Origin: Obrimoposthia wandeli
Lineage: Eukaryota
Direction of reading: 5' to 3'
Length of the DNA: 64,000 bases
Assembly (NCBI GenBank): GCA_977020255.1
Contig: CDROCS010004653.1
Span: 1-64,000 of the forward strand
This document shows, piece by piece, positions 19,378 to 29,992 of this stretch (position 1 is its first letter; every line of letters begins with the position of its first letter). The notes under the pieces were generated by a model. It was not told where the DNA came from, did not search any database, and worked only from the letters and a program-made list of their open reading frames with translations. A program made the translations under genes and the position numbers.

Positions 19378-19937
19378 ACGTTACTGCCAATGCTAATAAA
19401 CCTTAGGCTGAATTTTTCAACTACGTGAATTATATAGTGTATCTACGCACTTAAATATAACATGTATACTCCATACTGCTCTTTATTGTGCATTTGAAGA
19501 ACAAAAGATGATCATAAAAGGAGGATTGGATGATAATAACCAACTCTAATAACATAGAAGAGATCTATTCATCTGTTGGACCCAAGCATGTGCCATCATT
19601 ATTCTAAGCATGAACAATCAATTTTTGATTGCCCTTGAGCTTAGTATCCAAACTGATCAGTATTTTCGTCTATGCTTCCCATATCAACGCTCAACTCATT
19701 GGAGTTGTAAAAATAAACGCCTCAGGCCTGATGAAACTGGCTATTGTTTGCTTAATATTTTTGAGTAATCTGCTGTCTGTATGAGTATAGAAATCACATT
19801 TTTCATCGCCGTTCACAAGGTTACTCTTAACATTCAATGATAAAAATCAGAATGCCTTGCCACCTGCTTATCAAATCACTCAAAAATTCACAACTGAATG
19901 TGAGCTTGGTTATTAATTCTCTGCTTATGTTATTGTT

Positions 19938-21533
19938 CTACCTACCAACTGAATTCCCCTCCTCGGGCCAGCGCATTATTAAACTAGCGCCACCTGATGG
20001 AGAGTCTGCAACACTGACCTCACCGCCATGCCAGTTGGCAATACGCTGCACAATCGACAAACCTAGACCAAACCCGCCAGTCCCGCGGTCACGGCTGGCA
20101 TCCAGTCGTCGAAATGCATCAAATATTTGCTCTCGTTGGTCTTTTGGAATGCCGCTGCCATCGTCATCAACCTTGAGTTGATAATAACCATTATCTCTTG
20201 AAAAGGTGGTTTTTATCTCGCTACGTGCATAACGCTTTGCATTTTCAAGTAGGTTTCCTAACGCTCTCGCCATTAATGCTGGATCAAAGTGTGCATGCTT
20301 GAATTCTTGACCTGATATTTCAAAATCAATAACAAACTCACTCGTGCCAATTTGCGCTTGGCGTATCACTTCGACTAACCAGGGATAAACCTCTAGGGCT
20401 TGAAAATCTACGACCGGGCTTTCCCTGTCAAACCGTGCATAAGTAAGCAATTCAGCAACAAGCTGATCTAATTCATCGATGTCACTATTGATACTCAACA
20501 TATAGCGGTTTCTACTTTCAGTATCTGTCGCTGTCTCTAACATCTCCATACCGAACCGCATTCGCGCTATCGGTGTTCGAAGCTCGTGAGACACGGCATT
20601 GGTGAGTTCTTTATGTGATGAGATAAGTCCCTGTATACGACTTGCCATCGAATTGAAGGCGCCTGCTAAGCGATACAGTACGGAATGTTTGCGAGTTAAG
20701 ACTCGCACGCTAAATTCTCCTTGTCCGAATGCTTTCGTGCTACTACTTAAGCGATTCAAATCTCGCCATAGAGGGAACACCCACAGCAACACAGCCAGTG
20801 CCACCATTATCAAAAACACCAACATAACCACTGTGTTTACATAATCCAATGTTATTGGCTCATCAAATGGCCCTAATTTAATTATGTAGGATGAATTATT
20901 TATCCTGCGATAGAACAGCTCATCATCATTCTCTTCAAACTCAAATATGATGATTTCTCTACTCTTCAGTTCCTGCGACTTATCACTGAGTAATTCGTCA
21001 TCATGTTGCTCAACAAGGTCTATCTGGAAATAAAAGTGCCGATTTAAAGTTTCGACAATAGCACTCCAATCCTGCGCCGGCTTACCTTGCAAACTTGCTT
21101 CTATGAGATTAAAAGTACTATTGGTCAGACGTTGTACATGCTGATAACCTGACTGTTCATATGGTATCTGCAAGATCCATTGTTTATCGCCCAAGCGCTT
21201 ATAGGTGTATTGAGCGCCATATATTTCAGCAACCACGAAAGCGCCCTGCTTTAATCTATCTATATCTTCTGGGGCCAAAGACAAAGATTCTATCGGTAAT
21301 ATTTCTACTTGATAACCATCACCCCTATTAATCTCAGCCATCGTCTGTGACCACTGCGCTTCAGGTTCATTTTGCAAACGCTCTTCCAATAGATGATAAG
21401 TGCCGCTTGTCAGGTTGCCTAAATGGTTTTCTAAGGTTCCATGTAAAATATTACCCACGTTAGCCACACCGATAAAAAAAACAATTGCGGCCAGTGCGAT
21501 GAAGGAATACAGCTTTAGAAATAATCTGCCCAC
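19938..21533 (-). CDS. Sensor histidine kinase, RstB-like
   Basis: Two TMs, HAMP domain, AVSHELRTP H-box, NLLENA, VDDDGSG and GGFGLGLSI boxes. Confidence 0.92.
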   Translation of the reverse strand: MGRLFLKLYSFIALAAIVFFIGVANVGNILHGTLENHLGNLTSGTYHLLEERLQNEPEAQWSQTMAEINRGDGYQVEILPIESLSLAPEDIDRLKQGAFVVAEIYGAQYTYKRLGDKQWILQIPYEQSGYQHVQRLTNSTFNLIEASLQGKPAQDWSAIVETLNRHFYFQIDLVEQHDDELLSDKSQELKSREIIIFEFEENDDELFYRRINNSSYIIKLGPFDEPITLDYVNTVVMLVFLIMVALAVLLWVFPLWRDLNRLSSSTKAFGQGEFSVRVLTRKHSVLYRLAGAFNSMASRIQGLISSHKELTNAVSHELRTPIARMRFGMEMLETATDTESRNRYMLSINSDIDELDQLVAELLTYARFDRESPVVDFQALEVYPWLVEVIRQAQIGTSEFVIDFEISGQEFKHAHFDPALMARALGNLLENAKRYARSEIKTTFSRDNGYYQLKVDDDGSGIPKDQREQIFDAFRRLDASRDRGTGGFGLGLSIVQRIANWHGGEVSVADSPSGGASLIMRWPEEGNSVGR

Positions 21534-21538
21534 AGCTC

Positions 21539-22315
21539 TTACCCTTCCCAGGCTTGTTTAACAAAGAGATAGCCTTTGCCACGTATGGTTTTAATTCGCA
21601 GTGGATGGCTGGTATCATCTCCGATTTTTTTACGCAAACGCGATACCCGTATATCGACCGAGCGATCGATACCGTCATAATCTATGCCACGTAGGCTTTC
21701 TAGGATTGCATCGCGCGTAAAAACAACCCCAGGGTTACTTGCCAGTAACCACAACAGATCAAAATCATTGGTGGTTAGATCTAACACTTCGCTACCAAGC
21801 TTTGCTTCACGTGCGCTGGCATTAATACTGAAATGGCCATAACTAAATTGGCTGTTTTCAATGGGCTGTTCCGGTTGAGTCGATGTAGGGTTTGAAAAAC
21901 GGCGCATCAATGCTCTGATACGTGCTAACAACACCCTTGGCTGCACCGGCTTAGTGATGTAATCATCAGCTCCTATTTCTAACCCAACCACCTGATCTAT
22001 ATCTTCATCGCGCGCGGTTAGCATCATGATGGGCCCAGCATACTGCGGACGCACTGCTTTGCAAACTTCTAAGCCATCCATGCCTGGCAGCATCAGATCC
22101 AATATAACGAGGTCTGGTGATTCAGTGATAATGCGATTACATGCCTGGTCGCCACGATGTTCGATAGATACCTGCATCGTCTGTTTCTGTAAATACTCTT
22201 GAATAAGTACAGAGAGTCGATTGTCATCTTCGATCAGTAATATTTTCAATACATTCTCAGCACAAACAGCCTTAGAATCGTCATATGTAAATGTGTTAAC
22301 AGACACGTTATTCAC
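21539..22315 (-). CDS. OmpR-family response regulator, RstA-like
   Basis: IEDD, LDLMLPG, GADDYITKP and DRSVDIRVSRLRKK motifs; RstA-type boxes upstream. Confidence 0.93.
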   Translation of the reverse strand: MNNVSVNTFTYDDSKAVCAENVLKILLIEDDNRLSVLIQEYLQKQTMQVSIEHRGDQACNRIITESPDLVILDLMLPGMDGLEVCKAVRPQYAGPIMMLTARDEDIDQVVGLEIGADDYITKPVQPRVLLARIRALMRRFSNPTSTQPEQPIENSQFSYGHFSINASAREAKLGSEVLDLTTNDFDLLWLLASNPGVVFTRDAILESLRGIDYDGIDRSVDIRVSRLRKKIGDDTSHPLRIKTIRGKGYLFVKQAWEG

Positions 22316-22387
22316 CTTATCTCAATTTTCGAGCTCTCATTATAATTCACTAGCGCCGCTTGCATTGTTGTCGGTTTGTTACTCTTT

Positions 22388-22454
22388 TGTAGTCAAATGT
22401 AACAGAGCGAGTAACGATCACTTAATAGTTACACATTGATACAAATCTTATACA
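22388..22454. promoter_or_regulatory. RstA-type TACA-N6-TACA boxes in the divergent promoter
   Basis: Minus strand TACATTTGACTACA at 22388-22401; plus strand TACA-CATTGA-TACA-AATCTTA-TACA at 22430-22454. Confidence 0.65.
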
Positions 22455-22546
22455 CATGAGCAACAGACGAAACAAAAATGATCCCTATACTTGCAACCAA
22501 GCATCGGGACTTACTCGTTGCACTGAAGACAACGAGCGTGTGACCT

Positions 22547-23149
22547 ATGAATAATTTACCAACAGTTTTTACTATAACAAGAACAGCACTATCAGCACTA
22601 CTTTTTATGGCGGTGCCAGCCGCTTACGCAGAAGATACACAGAATGATGCTTGGACAGGCAACGTCAGCGCTTATCTAGGGCACAAAAACGTCAGTGATA
22701 AAGATTGGCCAAATCTCGATTCGCAAGGATCGATAGGCGTAATATCAGATTTCAAGAAAGAGAGCTGGCCTGTCAGCATCGCTGCAGATCTTATCGTTTC
22801 GGGTACTGAAAATAGTAGCGGCATAAATAAGACTTCAGGCGGCAGTGCAGAAATACACTTGGGAGTTAGAAAGATATTTACCCTTCAGAACTCCTCTTTC
22901 AAGCCATATATAGGGGGCGGTATTGCGTTAATTTCCGCGGGACTTGAAAAAAAGACTGCTGGAGTAACCGTTGACGATGATGACAGTGCACTCGGTGCTT
23001 GGATCGGCGTAGGCGGCTATTATGCTGTGACGCAAAACATTAGCCTGGGATTAGACGTTCGTTACTCAAACGCTGAAGTGACACTTTTCAATGAAAAGCG
23101 TGATACAGGCGGTGTAAATGCAGGCATGACTGTCGGTTATCACTGGTAA
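22547..23149 (+). CDS. Outer-membrane beta-barrel protein (8-stranded OmpA/OmpW-like)
   Basis: Signal peptide, alternating beta-strands, FKPYIGGG, C-terminal VGYHW. Confidence 0.85.
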   Translation: MNNLPTVFTITRTALSALLFMAVPAAYAEDTQNDAWTGNVSAYLGHKNVSDKDWPNLDSQGSIGVISDFKKESWPVSIAADLIVSGTENSSGINKTSGGSAEIHLGVRKIFTLQNSSFKPYIGGGIALISAGLEKKTAGVTVDDDDSALGAWIGVGGYYAVTQNISLGLDVRYSNAEVTLFNEKRDTGGVNAGMTVGYHW

Positions 23150-23178
23150 TCGTGGATCACCTATAGCGGAGTAAAATC

Positions 23179-23595
23179 ATGTATACAGCAGGCGTTCTTT
23201 CTAGACTCAGTCTAGGAGCTACACTAATAGCAACACTTATCATGACAGGGTGTGCTGCCAACATGGCAGCCAATGGACAAAATGGTCCAGAGCTGAGCCT
23301 TGTCAGTCAGGAGAAATCGAGACGAGAAGTCGAGCGGCATTTAGGTGCACCCATCAATATTTTAAACTTAAAAGGTGGCCAGTATATTGCCACCTACGAT
23401 GTTCATGCCAAGACAGAGCCCAGTCTTGCTCGGGCTGCGGCCCATGGTGCACTCGATATATTTACCATTGGATTATGGGAAGTGATAGGCGGGCCAGCCG
23501 AGATCTACCTCGGCCGCAGGGTTATTGTTTCTGTCAGGTACGACAAGGCCAACCAGTTACTCACACTACAAAGCAAGCCAAAAGAGCTATTTTGA
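23179..23595 (+). CDS. Putative lipoprotein (BamE/SmpA-like fold, tentative)
   Basis: Lipobox MTGC; SRREVERHLGAP and FTIGLWEVIGGPAE segments. Confidence 0.65.
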   Translation: MYTAGVLSRLSLGATLIATLIMTGCAANMAANGQNGPELSLVSQEKSRREVERHLGAPINILNLKGGQYIATYDVHAKTEPSLARAAAHGALDIFTIGLWEVIGGPAEIYLGRRVIVSVRYDKANQLLTLQSKPKELF

Positions 23596-23687
23596 TAGGA
23601 CAATGCCTTTTGAGAACTGAGCAGGTCATCATGGCCTAGTCATAAATTTTTCAATTATCTTAGCTGTACTTACCGAGACCAAAATAC

Positions 23688-24173
23688 ATGAAATTTCCTA
23701 GAGCCAAGGTTGCCGAATTTCAAAATCCAGCCTGTGAACTTACCCTACGAGAGGCGATAGCCGAATTCTATGCAGTGAATTCACATATATTCTCTACGCC
23801 TGAACCAAATACAGCGTGGACGAAATTGTTAGTTCATCACGATGTGTGTCACGTATTTTTTGGCGTAAACACCAGTATTTTGGACGAGGCAGCAGGAGAT
23901 TACTGGACGCTCTTCGGCACTGATTTGAGTGCTAAAGAATATTTAGCCTATGCGAAATCGCCAGAGGGCAAAAAACTACTCCATGACATCGGCTTTATCA
24001 ACATTGTTAAAAGCCTTTTTCTGGGAATCCCCCTTTTGTATAAAATTTATTTCCGCGCTAATAAAATGTCAGCTAAGTGGAATACTAGAAATTACAGCCA
24101 ATACATGGACATACCACTAGTTGAAATACGTAGAGAATTTAATTTGGAAATTTTGGAATATCCTTACCATTAG
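23688..24173 (+). CDS. Coq4-like protein (HDxxH...E motif)
   Basis: HHDVCHVFFGVNTSILDEA resembles the Coq4 metal motif; C-terminal IPLVEIRREFNL. Confidence 0.55.
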   Translation: MKFPRAKVAEFQNPACELTLREAIAEFYAVNSHIFSTPEPNTAWTKLLVHHDVCHVFFGVNTSILDEAAGDYWTLFGTDLSAKEYLAYAKSPEGKKLLHDIGFINIVKSLFLGIPLLYKIYFRANKMSAKWNTRNYSQYMDIPLVEIRREFNLEILEYPYH

Positions 24174-24388
24174 CCAAAACATAGCAAGTAGCTGCATTTT
24201 GTAAAATGATTGATTACTCCTGGAAGCCGATCCCAGTAAAGGCACCGACCAAGCCGCCAATGTTTTTGCTGACTGATCCATTACTGCATCATTAACACGC
24301 AGCCGTTTCTATACATTTTAAAGATAAAAATGTGAGATGAGTAATAATTCTCTCCACTTGATAAACCTACATAAACACGAGGCTCCAC

Positions 24389-24862
24389 ATGAAAGTTCCA
24401 CTTAAACTAGCGATAACATTCTTAATTGTAATGATGACAGGCTGTCAAAGCTTACATTTTCTTCCTGAGAAAACACAACAGAAAATTCAAACACAAAATT
24501 TTCAATATCCTCATCAACCCTCTGCTAAAAAAGCGATGATTTATGTGGTTCGCCCTAATATTTACCTTGGTTTAGTACATTTCAATGTATATCTTGATAG
24601 CAAAGACGACACTGCTGAAATGGGTTATAACACCAGTAACGAATACATATATTTTGAAGTGGAGCCCGGTAGGCATACTATTTTTTCACATTCGTCAATT
24701 TGGTATGAAAAAGACATTCAAGTAAAAGCAGGAGAAATATTAGTGCTCGAGCAAAAACAAGGTGCCTTTGCAACACACCAACTGATCAGATTAAGTGAAA
24801 GCGCTGCTAAGTTTCGCATTATGAAAGCCTCGCAAGGGAAAATAATTAAAAAAAGTTTATAA
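24389..24862 (+). CDS. DUF2846-like lipoprotein
   Basis: Lipobox MTGC, AMIYVVRP and YIYFEVEPGRHTI patterns. Confidence 0.7.
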   Translation: MKVPLKLAITFLIVMMTGCQSLHFLPEKTQQKIQTQNFQYPHQPSAKKAMIYVVRPNIYLGLVHFNVYLDSKDDTAEMGYNTSNEYIYFEVEPGRHTIFSHSSIWYEKDIQVKAGEILVLEQKQGAFATHQLIRLSESAAKFRIMKASQGKIIKKSL

Positions 24863-25072
24863 TATGAGGCCTTCGGCATAACGTAGCGAACAATAATAAG
24901 ATAAGGTGGTCCCTTTAAAATAACTACTCTGCTCTATACTGGCAACTATACCGCCAGTTATATAGCCAGCTAAATCAGCTTCATTGTAACGAATGAATTA
25001 TGACCTTTATTCCTCATCATTTAAAGATAGCTAGGTTATATGAGAAGACATAAATAATTCGAGTTGGACAGT

Positions 25073-25111
25073 AAATGACTTTTGCATAACTTGTTAAATC
25101 AAAAGTCATTT
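25073..25111. terminator. Perfect 12-bp inverted repeat between convergent genes
   Basis: AAATGACTTTTG ... CAAAAGTCATTT with a 15-nt spacer. Confidence 0.5.
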
Positions 25112-25237
25112 GGTTTTTCAGCCTAGGGTTATGCCCTGTTATCTACTCATCATTGCTAAGTAAAAAGTGGTTTACAATCACTTTTTAGTACTAATTTTTA
25201 GTTTAATACTGAGCATTATTTTTTTACAATCCTCCAC

Positions 25238-25807
25238 TTATGCAACAGCCACTAAATTCAATAATTCTTGCGTGCTAGCCACATTGCAATAACCAGCACT
25301 TAGCGCTGCCATAAAAGCGTAATGTACTTGCTGTGCTGGCACTATTGTATTATTAAATTCTAAATCAAGTGTTGCACAAGCATCGTGTGCAACATGGCAT
25401 TCATAACCTAAATCACTGGCTGCACGTGCCGCTGCATCGATACACATATGACTCATTGCGCCAATAATGATTAACTTAGTTATACCAGCATTTTGTAGAA
25501 CATCGTTTAACTCCGTTTCGCGAAAACTGTTAATTTGATGTTTTAACACAACGATTTCATCATCAGTAGCAGCAACGCTAGGATGGATGTGCGCGCCTGC
25601 TGAGTTTGGTAGAAAAAAAGGTGCATCTGACGTGGTAAATTCGTGTCTAACATGAATGACTGGTAATCCTTGCTCACGAAACAGTGCCAATAATTTAGCC
25701 CCTTGTGCCGCTGCAGCTTCTGTTTCAGATAGTGCTAATTTAGCACCTTCGTAACTTGAAAAGTAATCGTTCTGAAAATCTACAATTAATAAGCCTGTTT
25801 TTGGCAT
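25238..25807 (-). CDS. Isochorismatase-family cysteine hydrolase
   Basis: LLIVDFQNDY, KHQINSF, GAMSHMCID and DACAT motifs. Confidence 0.93.
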   Translation of the reverse strand: MPKTGLLIVDFQNDYFSSYEGAKLALSETEAAAAQGAKLLALFREQGLPVIHVRHEFTTSDAPFFLPNSAGAHIHPSVAATDDEIVVLKHQINSFRETELNDVLQNAGITKLIIIGAMSHMCIDAAARAASDLGYECHVAHDACATLDLEFNNTIVPAQQVHYAFMAALSAGYCNVASTQELLNLVAVA

Positions 25808-25904
25808 GATATTATTTCCTCATTTGTATTTGCGGTATGAGGGGCATTATGCGTATTATCGCCGATACAAACGAATGGCATTAATGACATAAACTGGTTT
25901 ATAA

Positions 25905-26831
25905 ATGACAAATAATATTTACATCACCATTGTTAATTACCCAAATGCACTGAAAAGTGCAGTGTATGGGCTAGAAGAGCTATTTATTTCTGCCAACACT
26001 ATCCTTGAAAATCATGCACTAGAGACCCGGTTCCAAGTAAACATTTGTACCCCTGAGCAGCTAGAAATGGCTAAAAATGCTCATATTGATTTAATCATTG
26101 TCCCTCCTATTATTAACGGGGACTACCACTTAAACCCTACCCTGCAGTTAATTAACTTCCTGACACAAGCACAGCGTAAAGGCGTTATTTTGTGCTCGGC
26201 TTGTGCTGGCGCTTTTATTCTGGCCGAAACAGGATTATTCGAAGGTAAAATGCTCAACACCCATTGGCAATTAGCCAACGATTTTCGAGAAAAATACCCC
26301 AAGGTGCGTTTGAATACAGATAAAATTTTAATCAATAGTATTGATGCTATTTCTGCAGGAGGGTTGATGTCATGGATAGATTTAGGCCTAGAAATTGTGT
26401 CGCGCTTTAGCAAACCTTTCGTCATGCGCTTACTAGGTAAGTTTCTAATTGTAGATACTGGCACACGTGAACAGCGCTACTACGAAAGCTTTAACCCAAG
26501 CTTTGCACATAACAACGATAAAATTGTCAAAGTACAGCACTATATTCAAGAGAACTATCAAACACGTATCACCATTAAAGATTTATCCGAACTGGCTTTT
26601 ATCACCGAACGTACTTTATTAAGGCAGTTCACACAAGCAACTGATTGGAAACCGCTGCAGTATATACAGCGTATTAGAGTACAAAAAGCCTGCGAAGCCC
26701 TTGAATCAACTACGCAAAGTTTAGAGCAGATAGCCTCCTTGGTTGGTTATAACGATGTGAATAGTTTTCGCAAAATATTCAATAAAGTAATTGGTTTGAG
26801 CCCGACTGAGTTCAGGCAACGCTTTCGTTAA
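25905..26831 (+). CDS. GlxA-type AraC regulator with DJ-1/PfpI domain
   Basis: SACAGAFILAETGL, THW, C-terminal double HTH; divergent from the hydrolase. Confidence 0.92.
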   Translation: MTNNIYITIVNYPNALKSAVYGLEELFISANTILENHALETRFQVNICTPEQLEMAKNAHIDLIIVPPIINGDYHLNPTLQLINFLTQAQRKGVILCSACAGAFILAETGLFEGKMLNTHWQLANDFREKYPKVRLNTDKILINSIDAISAGGLMSWIDLGLEIVSRFSKPFVMRLLGKFLIVDTGTREQRYYESFNPSFAHNNDKIVKVQHYIQENYQTRITIKDLSELAFITERTLLRQFTQATDWKPLQYIQRIRVQKACEALESTTQSLEQIASLVGYNDVNSFRKIFNKVIGLSPTEFRQRFR

Positions 26832-26859
26832 AAAAGCACCAACCACTGATTTTGGATAT

Positions 26860-27741
26860 TTATAGTTTTATTTCCCACAAAACTCTTATTTCTTGCAGCA
26901 TCGCGCTGATAACAGGTTGATCCATTCTGTTTTTGGCAACCACAAAGTGTAGCGTTGTTGCAAAATCAAGTGTCGATATAACTTGCACCTGTTGCTTCTT
27001 TTCAGCTTCAAGCGCTTCTTCTAACTCTAAAAAGCTCAGCCCGAATCCACTTTTCACCAGTTCAAGTCGAGTACCATCATCACTTGTTTTCAGCACTGTT
27101 TTAATGGACTGTGCTAACACAGGAGATAACTGCTTTTTTAAAAAACCATCAAAAGGGCAATAATCTCCCATCATTATCCACTGCTGCTTACTTAACTGAA
27201 CTGTTGATAACATTGCGGACACATCAAAAGTTTGTGGAGCAACCGTTGTAATTTTTTGCTCCATCACTGCTAAACCAAAAAAATCATCTGGTATATCACC
27301 AAAGATATAACCACCATCAAGCTGCTGCTCTCTAATTTCACTGATGGTTTTACCCGTTGATTGCTGATGTACTTCTAAGCTGATTCCGGCACAGTTGTCT
27401 TGCAAGTTTTCTACTAATTTAGCCAGCCTTACTTGCTTAGCCGTTAAATTAATCGCCATGTGAAAGGTGCCGATAATTTCATGCAAATTATCAGCCGCTA
27501 GATTCACTAAGTCTACCGCGCTATCAAGTGTAAGCTGCGCTTGTTTTAGCAATAACGCACCTTTTTCTGTTAATAACATGCCTTTGCTTGAGCGTATAAA
27601 TAACGCAGTAGAAAGCTCTTCTTCAAGTGCTTTTATATGGGCACTAATCGCAGGAGGCGTGGTATATAAACGCTTTGCAGCTTGGGTTAAATTACCCGTT
27701 TTAGCAACCGCTACAAAAGAGCGTAAATGGTAAAACTCCAA
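26860..27741 (-). CDS. LysR-family regulator
   Basis: MEFYHLRSFVAVAKTGNLTQAAKRLYTTPPAISAHIKALEEEL HTH. Confidence 0.92.
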   Translation of the reverse strand: MEFYHLRSFVAVAKTGNLTQAAKRLYTTPPAISAHIKALEEELSTALFIRSSKGMLLTEKGALLLKQAQLTLDSAVDLVNLAADNLHEIIGTFHMAINLTAKQVRLAKLVENLQDNCAGISLEVHQQSTGKTISEIREQQLDGGYIFGDIPDDFFGLAVMEQKITTVAPQTFDVSAMLSTVQLSKQQWIMMGDYCPFDGFLKKQLSPVLAQSIKTVLKTSDDGTRLELVKSGFGLSFLELEEALEAEKKQQVQVISTLDFATTLHFVVAKNRMDQPVISAMLQEIRVLWEIKL

Positions 27742-28190
27742 AACAATACTCCTTGGTGATATTCTTTAATCAAAACAATACTCAATTTAATCATTAATCC
27801 CCTACTACGCTATTCAGCTTAACTGAACACTGTCTTCAATAAAGCTGAATTTCACATCTAATAAAAGCTAGCTACATTAGCTCTGCACCTTGTAAACAGC
27901 AATAGCCAAATAATAACTGGCATTTAAATGAGTAATTAAAGTAACGCATTTGCCAACTACCCTAAAGACACTTTGTTCGTGGTTTATCACCGAAGCTAGG
28001 TTGTAACAGTGCTGCTAAAGCGTTTTAAATATTTGCGGCATTTTATTTTGGTCTTCAAGAAATGCAAGCGATATTCACTACTGGGAAGGTTTTGACAGAT
28101 ATCCTGTTACTCGTCGCACTCAAGCTCATTAATAACAAACTTTTCAACGCTCATATAGAGAAAACCACAATTTAATTAAAAGGCTTAGCC

Positions 28191-28490
28191 ATGATTACTT
28201 GTTTTATCGAATATAAAATTGATACGCAACAGCTGCTAGAATTCGAAATTTACGCCAAAACTTGGGTTGGGTTAGTCAACAAATTAGGCGGGCAACACCA
28301 AGGATACTTTTTACCATCCGAAGGTGCGAACAATGTGGCACTAGCTCTATTTTCCTTTGCAAGCTTGGCCGATTACGAGCAGTACAGAATAGCTTCTTTT
28401 AAAGATCCACAGTGTATCGAAGCTTTTGAATATGCAGCTAAAACACAGTGTATTAAGAGCTATCGGCGTAGTTTTTTCCGACCATTATGA
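28191..28490 (+). CDS. NIPSNAP family protein
   Basis: MITCFIEYKID, GYFLPSEGANNVALALFSFASLADYEQYR pattern. Confidence 0.85.
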   Translation: MITCFIEYKIDTQQLLEFEIYAKTWVGLVNKLGGQHQGYFLPSEGANNVALALFSFASLADYEQYRIASFKDPQCIEAFEYAAKTQCIKSYRRSFFRPL

Positions 28491-28704
28491 AATAAAACAA
28501 AGTAATCAGCGCTATTCAAAGATAGCGCTCTAAACGCCTGAAGCATATTCTTTGAATAATCCTATTTTTCATGGATTAACGTTGGACTTTTAACCTCTAC
28601 AATAATAGATTCTTTACTTTGGATACATTGCAATTATAAGCCCTATTGGATATTTTAAAACAAACACAAAATTACAAAAATAATAATTTGAAAAAGGTTA
28701 ATCC

Positions 28705-29931
28705 ATGAAAGTCGTCGCCTGTAATACCTACGTTGTCGCCACCCCACCTCCGCATGTTGGCGGTATGTATTGGATTTTTGTCAGCATCAGAACTGATTGT
28801 GGAATAGAGGGTATTGGTGAAGTGTACGCCGCCTCTTTTCATCCTAGTGTAATGGAGCTTGCGATTAGCGATGTGTTTGATCGATACTTAAAAAACCATG
28901 ACCCGCACTTAATAGAACGCTTTTATCGCGAAGCTTATTCCAGTGGGTTTACCCAACGACCTGATTTAAGCATGATGGGCGTTATCAGTGGTTTAGAAAT
29001 GGCGTGCTGGGACATTATCGGTAAAGCAGCGAATAAACCGGTTTATCAATTAATTGGCGGAAAAGTGCATGAAAAGCTGCGTTGCTACACTTACCTTTAT
29101 CCAGAAAACAAACAAGGTGAGTATGATTATGACAACGTAGAGTTAGCAGTAGAGTGTGCTATTAAAAATATGGAGCTGGGCTTTACTGCCCTTAAATTTG
29201 ACCCTGCTGGACCTTATAGTGCTTATTCAGGACAACAAATCTCTTTAGAGGCACTCGAAAAATCCGCCACCTTTTGCCAGCGTATTAGGGAAGCAGTCGG
29301 CAATAAATGTGATTTATTATTCGGCACACATGGGCAAATGACACCAGCATCGGCTATTCGCTTAGCAAAACGTTTAGAGCCTTTTGATCCTTTATGGCTT
29401 GAAGAGCCTGTGCCTCCTGGCCAATCAGAGGCGATGGCGCGGGTGGCTGGAAAAACCAGTATTCCAGTGGCAACCGGGGAGCGCCTTACCACTAAGTATG
29501 AGTTTCATGATGTGCTCAAAAATGGCGCAGCCTCTATTTTACAAATGAACCTTGGCCGTGTGGGCGGCATTTTAGAAGCCAAGAAAATAGCCGCCATCGC
29601 TGAAGTATATTACGCACAAATAGCACCGCATTTGTATAACGGGCCCGTTGGCGCTGCGGCGAGTATTCATCTGGCAACCGCCACACCTAACTTCTTAATT
29701 CAAGAGAGCATCATGACGTGGGGGGGCTTTCATGCAGAAGTACTGCAAGAAAAAATACAATGGCAAGATGGTTATATTATACCTTCTGACAAACCAGGTC
29801 TTGGCATCGAATTAAACATGGAGGTGGTAAAGTCGCAATCGCCGTATAAAGGGAAAGCACTGCATCTTTCTATGGATAGCAAACCTTATGACGTTAAAGA
29901 AAATTCATCTACACAGTGGAAAAACTCTTGA
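28705..29931 (+). CDS. Mandelate racemase/enolase-superfamily enzyme, substrate unknown
   Basis: GIGEVY, MACWDIIGK..KPVYQLIGG, KFDPAG, GTHG, WLEEP, TGERL, APH and PGLGIEL motifs. Confidence 0.9.
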   Translation: MKVVACNTYVVATPPPHVGGMYWIFVSIRTDCGIEGIGEVYAASFHPSVMELAISDVFDRYLKNHDPHLIERFYREAYSSGFTQRPDLSMMGVISGLEMACWDIIGKAANKPVYQLIGGKVHEKLRCYTYLYPENKQGEYDYDNVELAVECAIKNMELGFTALKFDPAGPYSAYSGQQISLEALEKSATFCQRIREAVGNKCDLLFGTHGQMTPASAIRLAKRLEPFDPLWLEEPVPPGQSEAMARVAGKTSIPVATGERLTTKYEFHDVLKNGAASILQMNLGRVGGILEAKKIAAIAEVYYAQIAPHLYNGPVGAAASIHLATATPNFLIQESIMTWGGFHAEVLQEKIQWQDGYIIPSDKPGLGIELNMEVVKSQSPYKGKALHLSMDSKPYDVKENSSTQWKNS

Positions 29932-29992
29932 AGCAAGCAGGTAAGTTCTTAAGGGAAAGAGGCAAGCTCTTAAGGGAAGGCTCAAACTCAAC

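Noticed and set aside
23250-23639. Cys-rich 129-aa alternative-frame ORF
   Set aside because: Fully overlaps the lipoprotein gene, which has a lipobox and a plausible start; likely a shadow frame
24220-24310. Minus-strand fragment reading NIGGLVGAFTGIGFQE
   Set aside because: Too short to call as a gene remnant without a search
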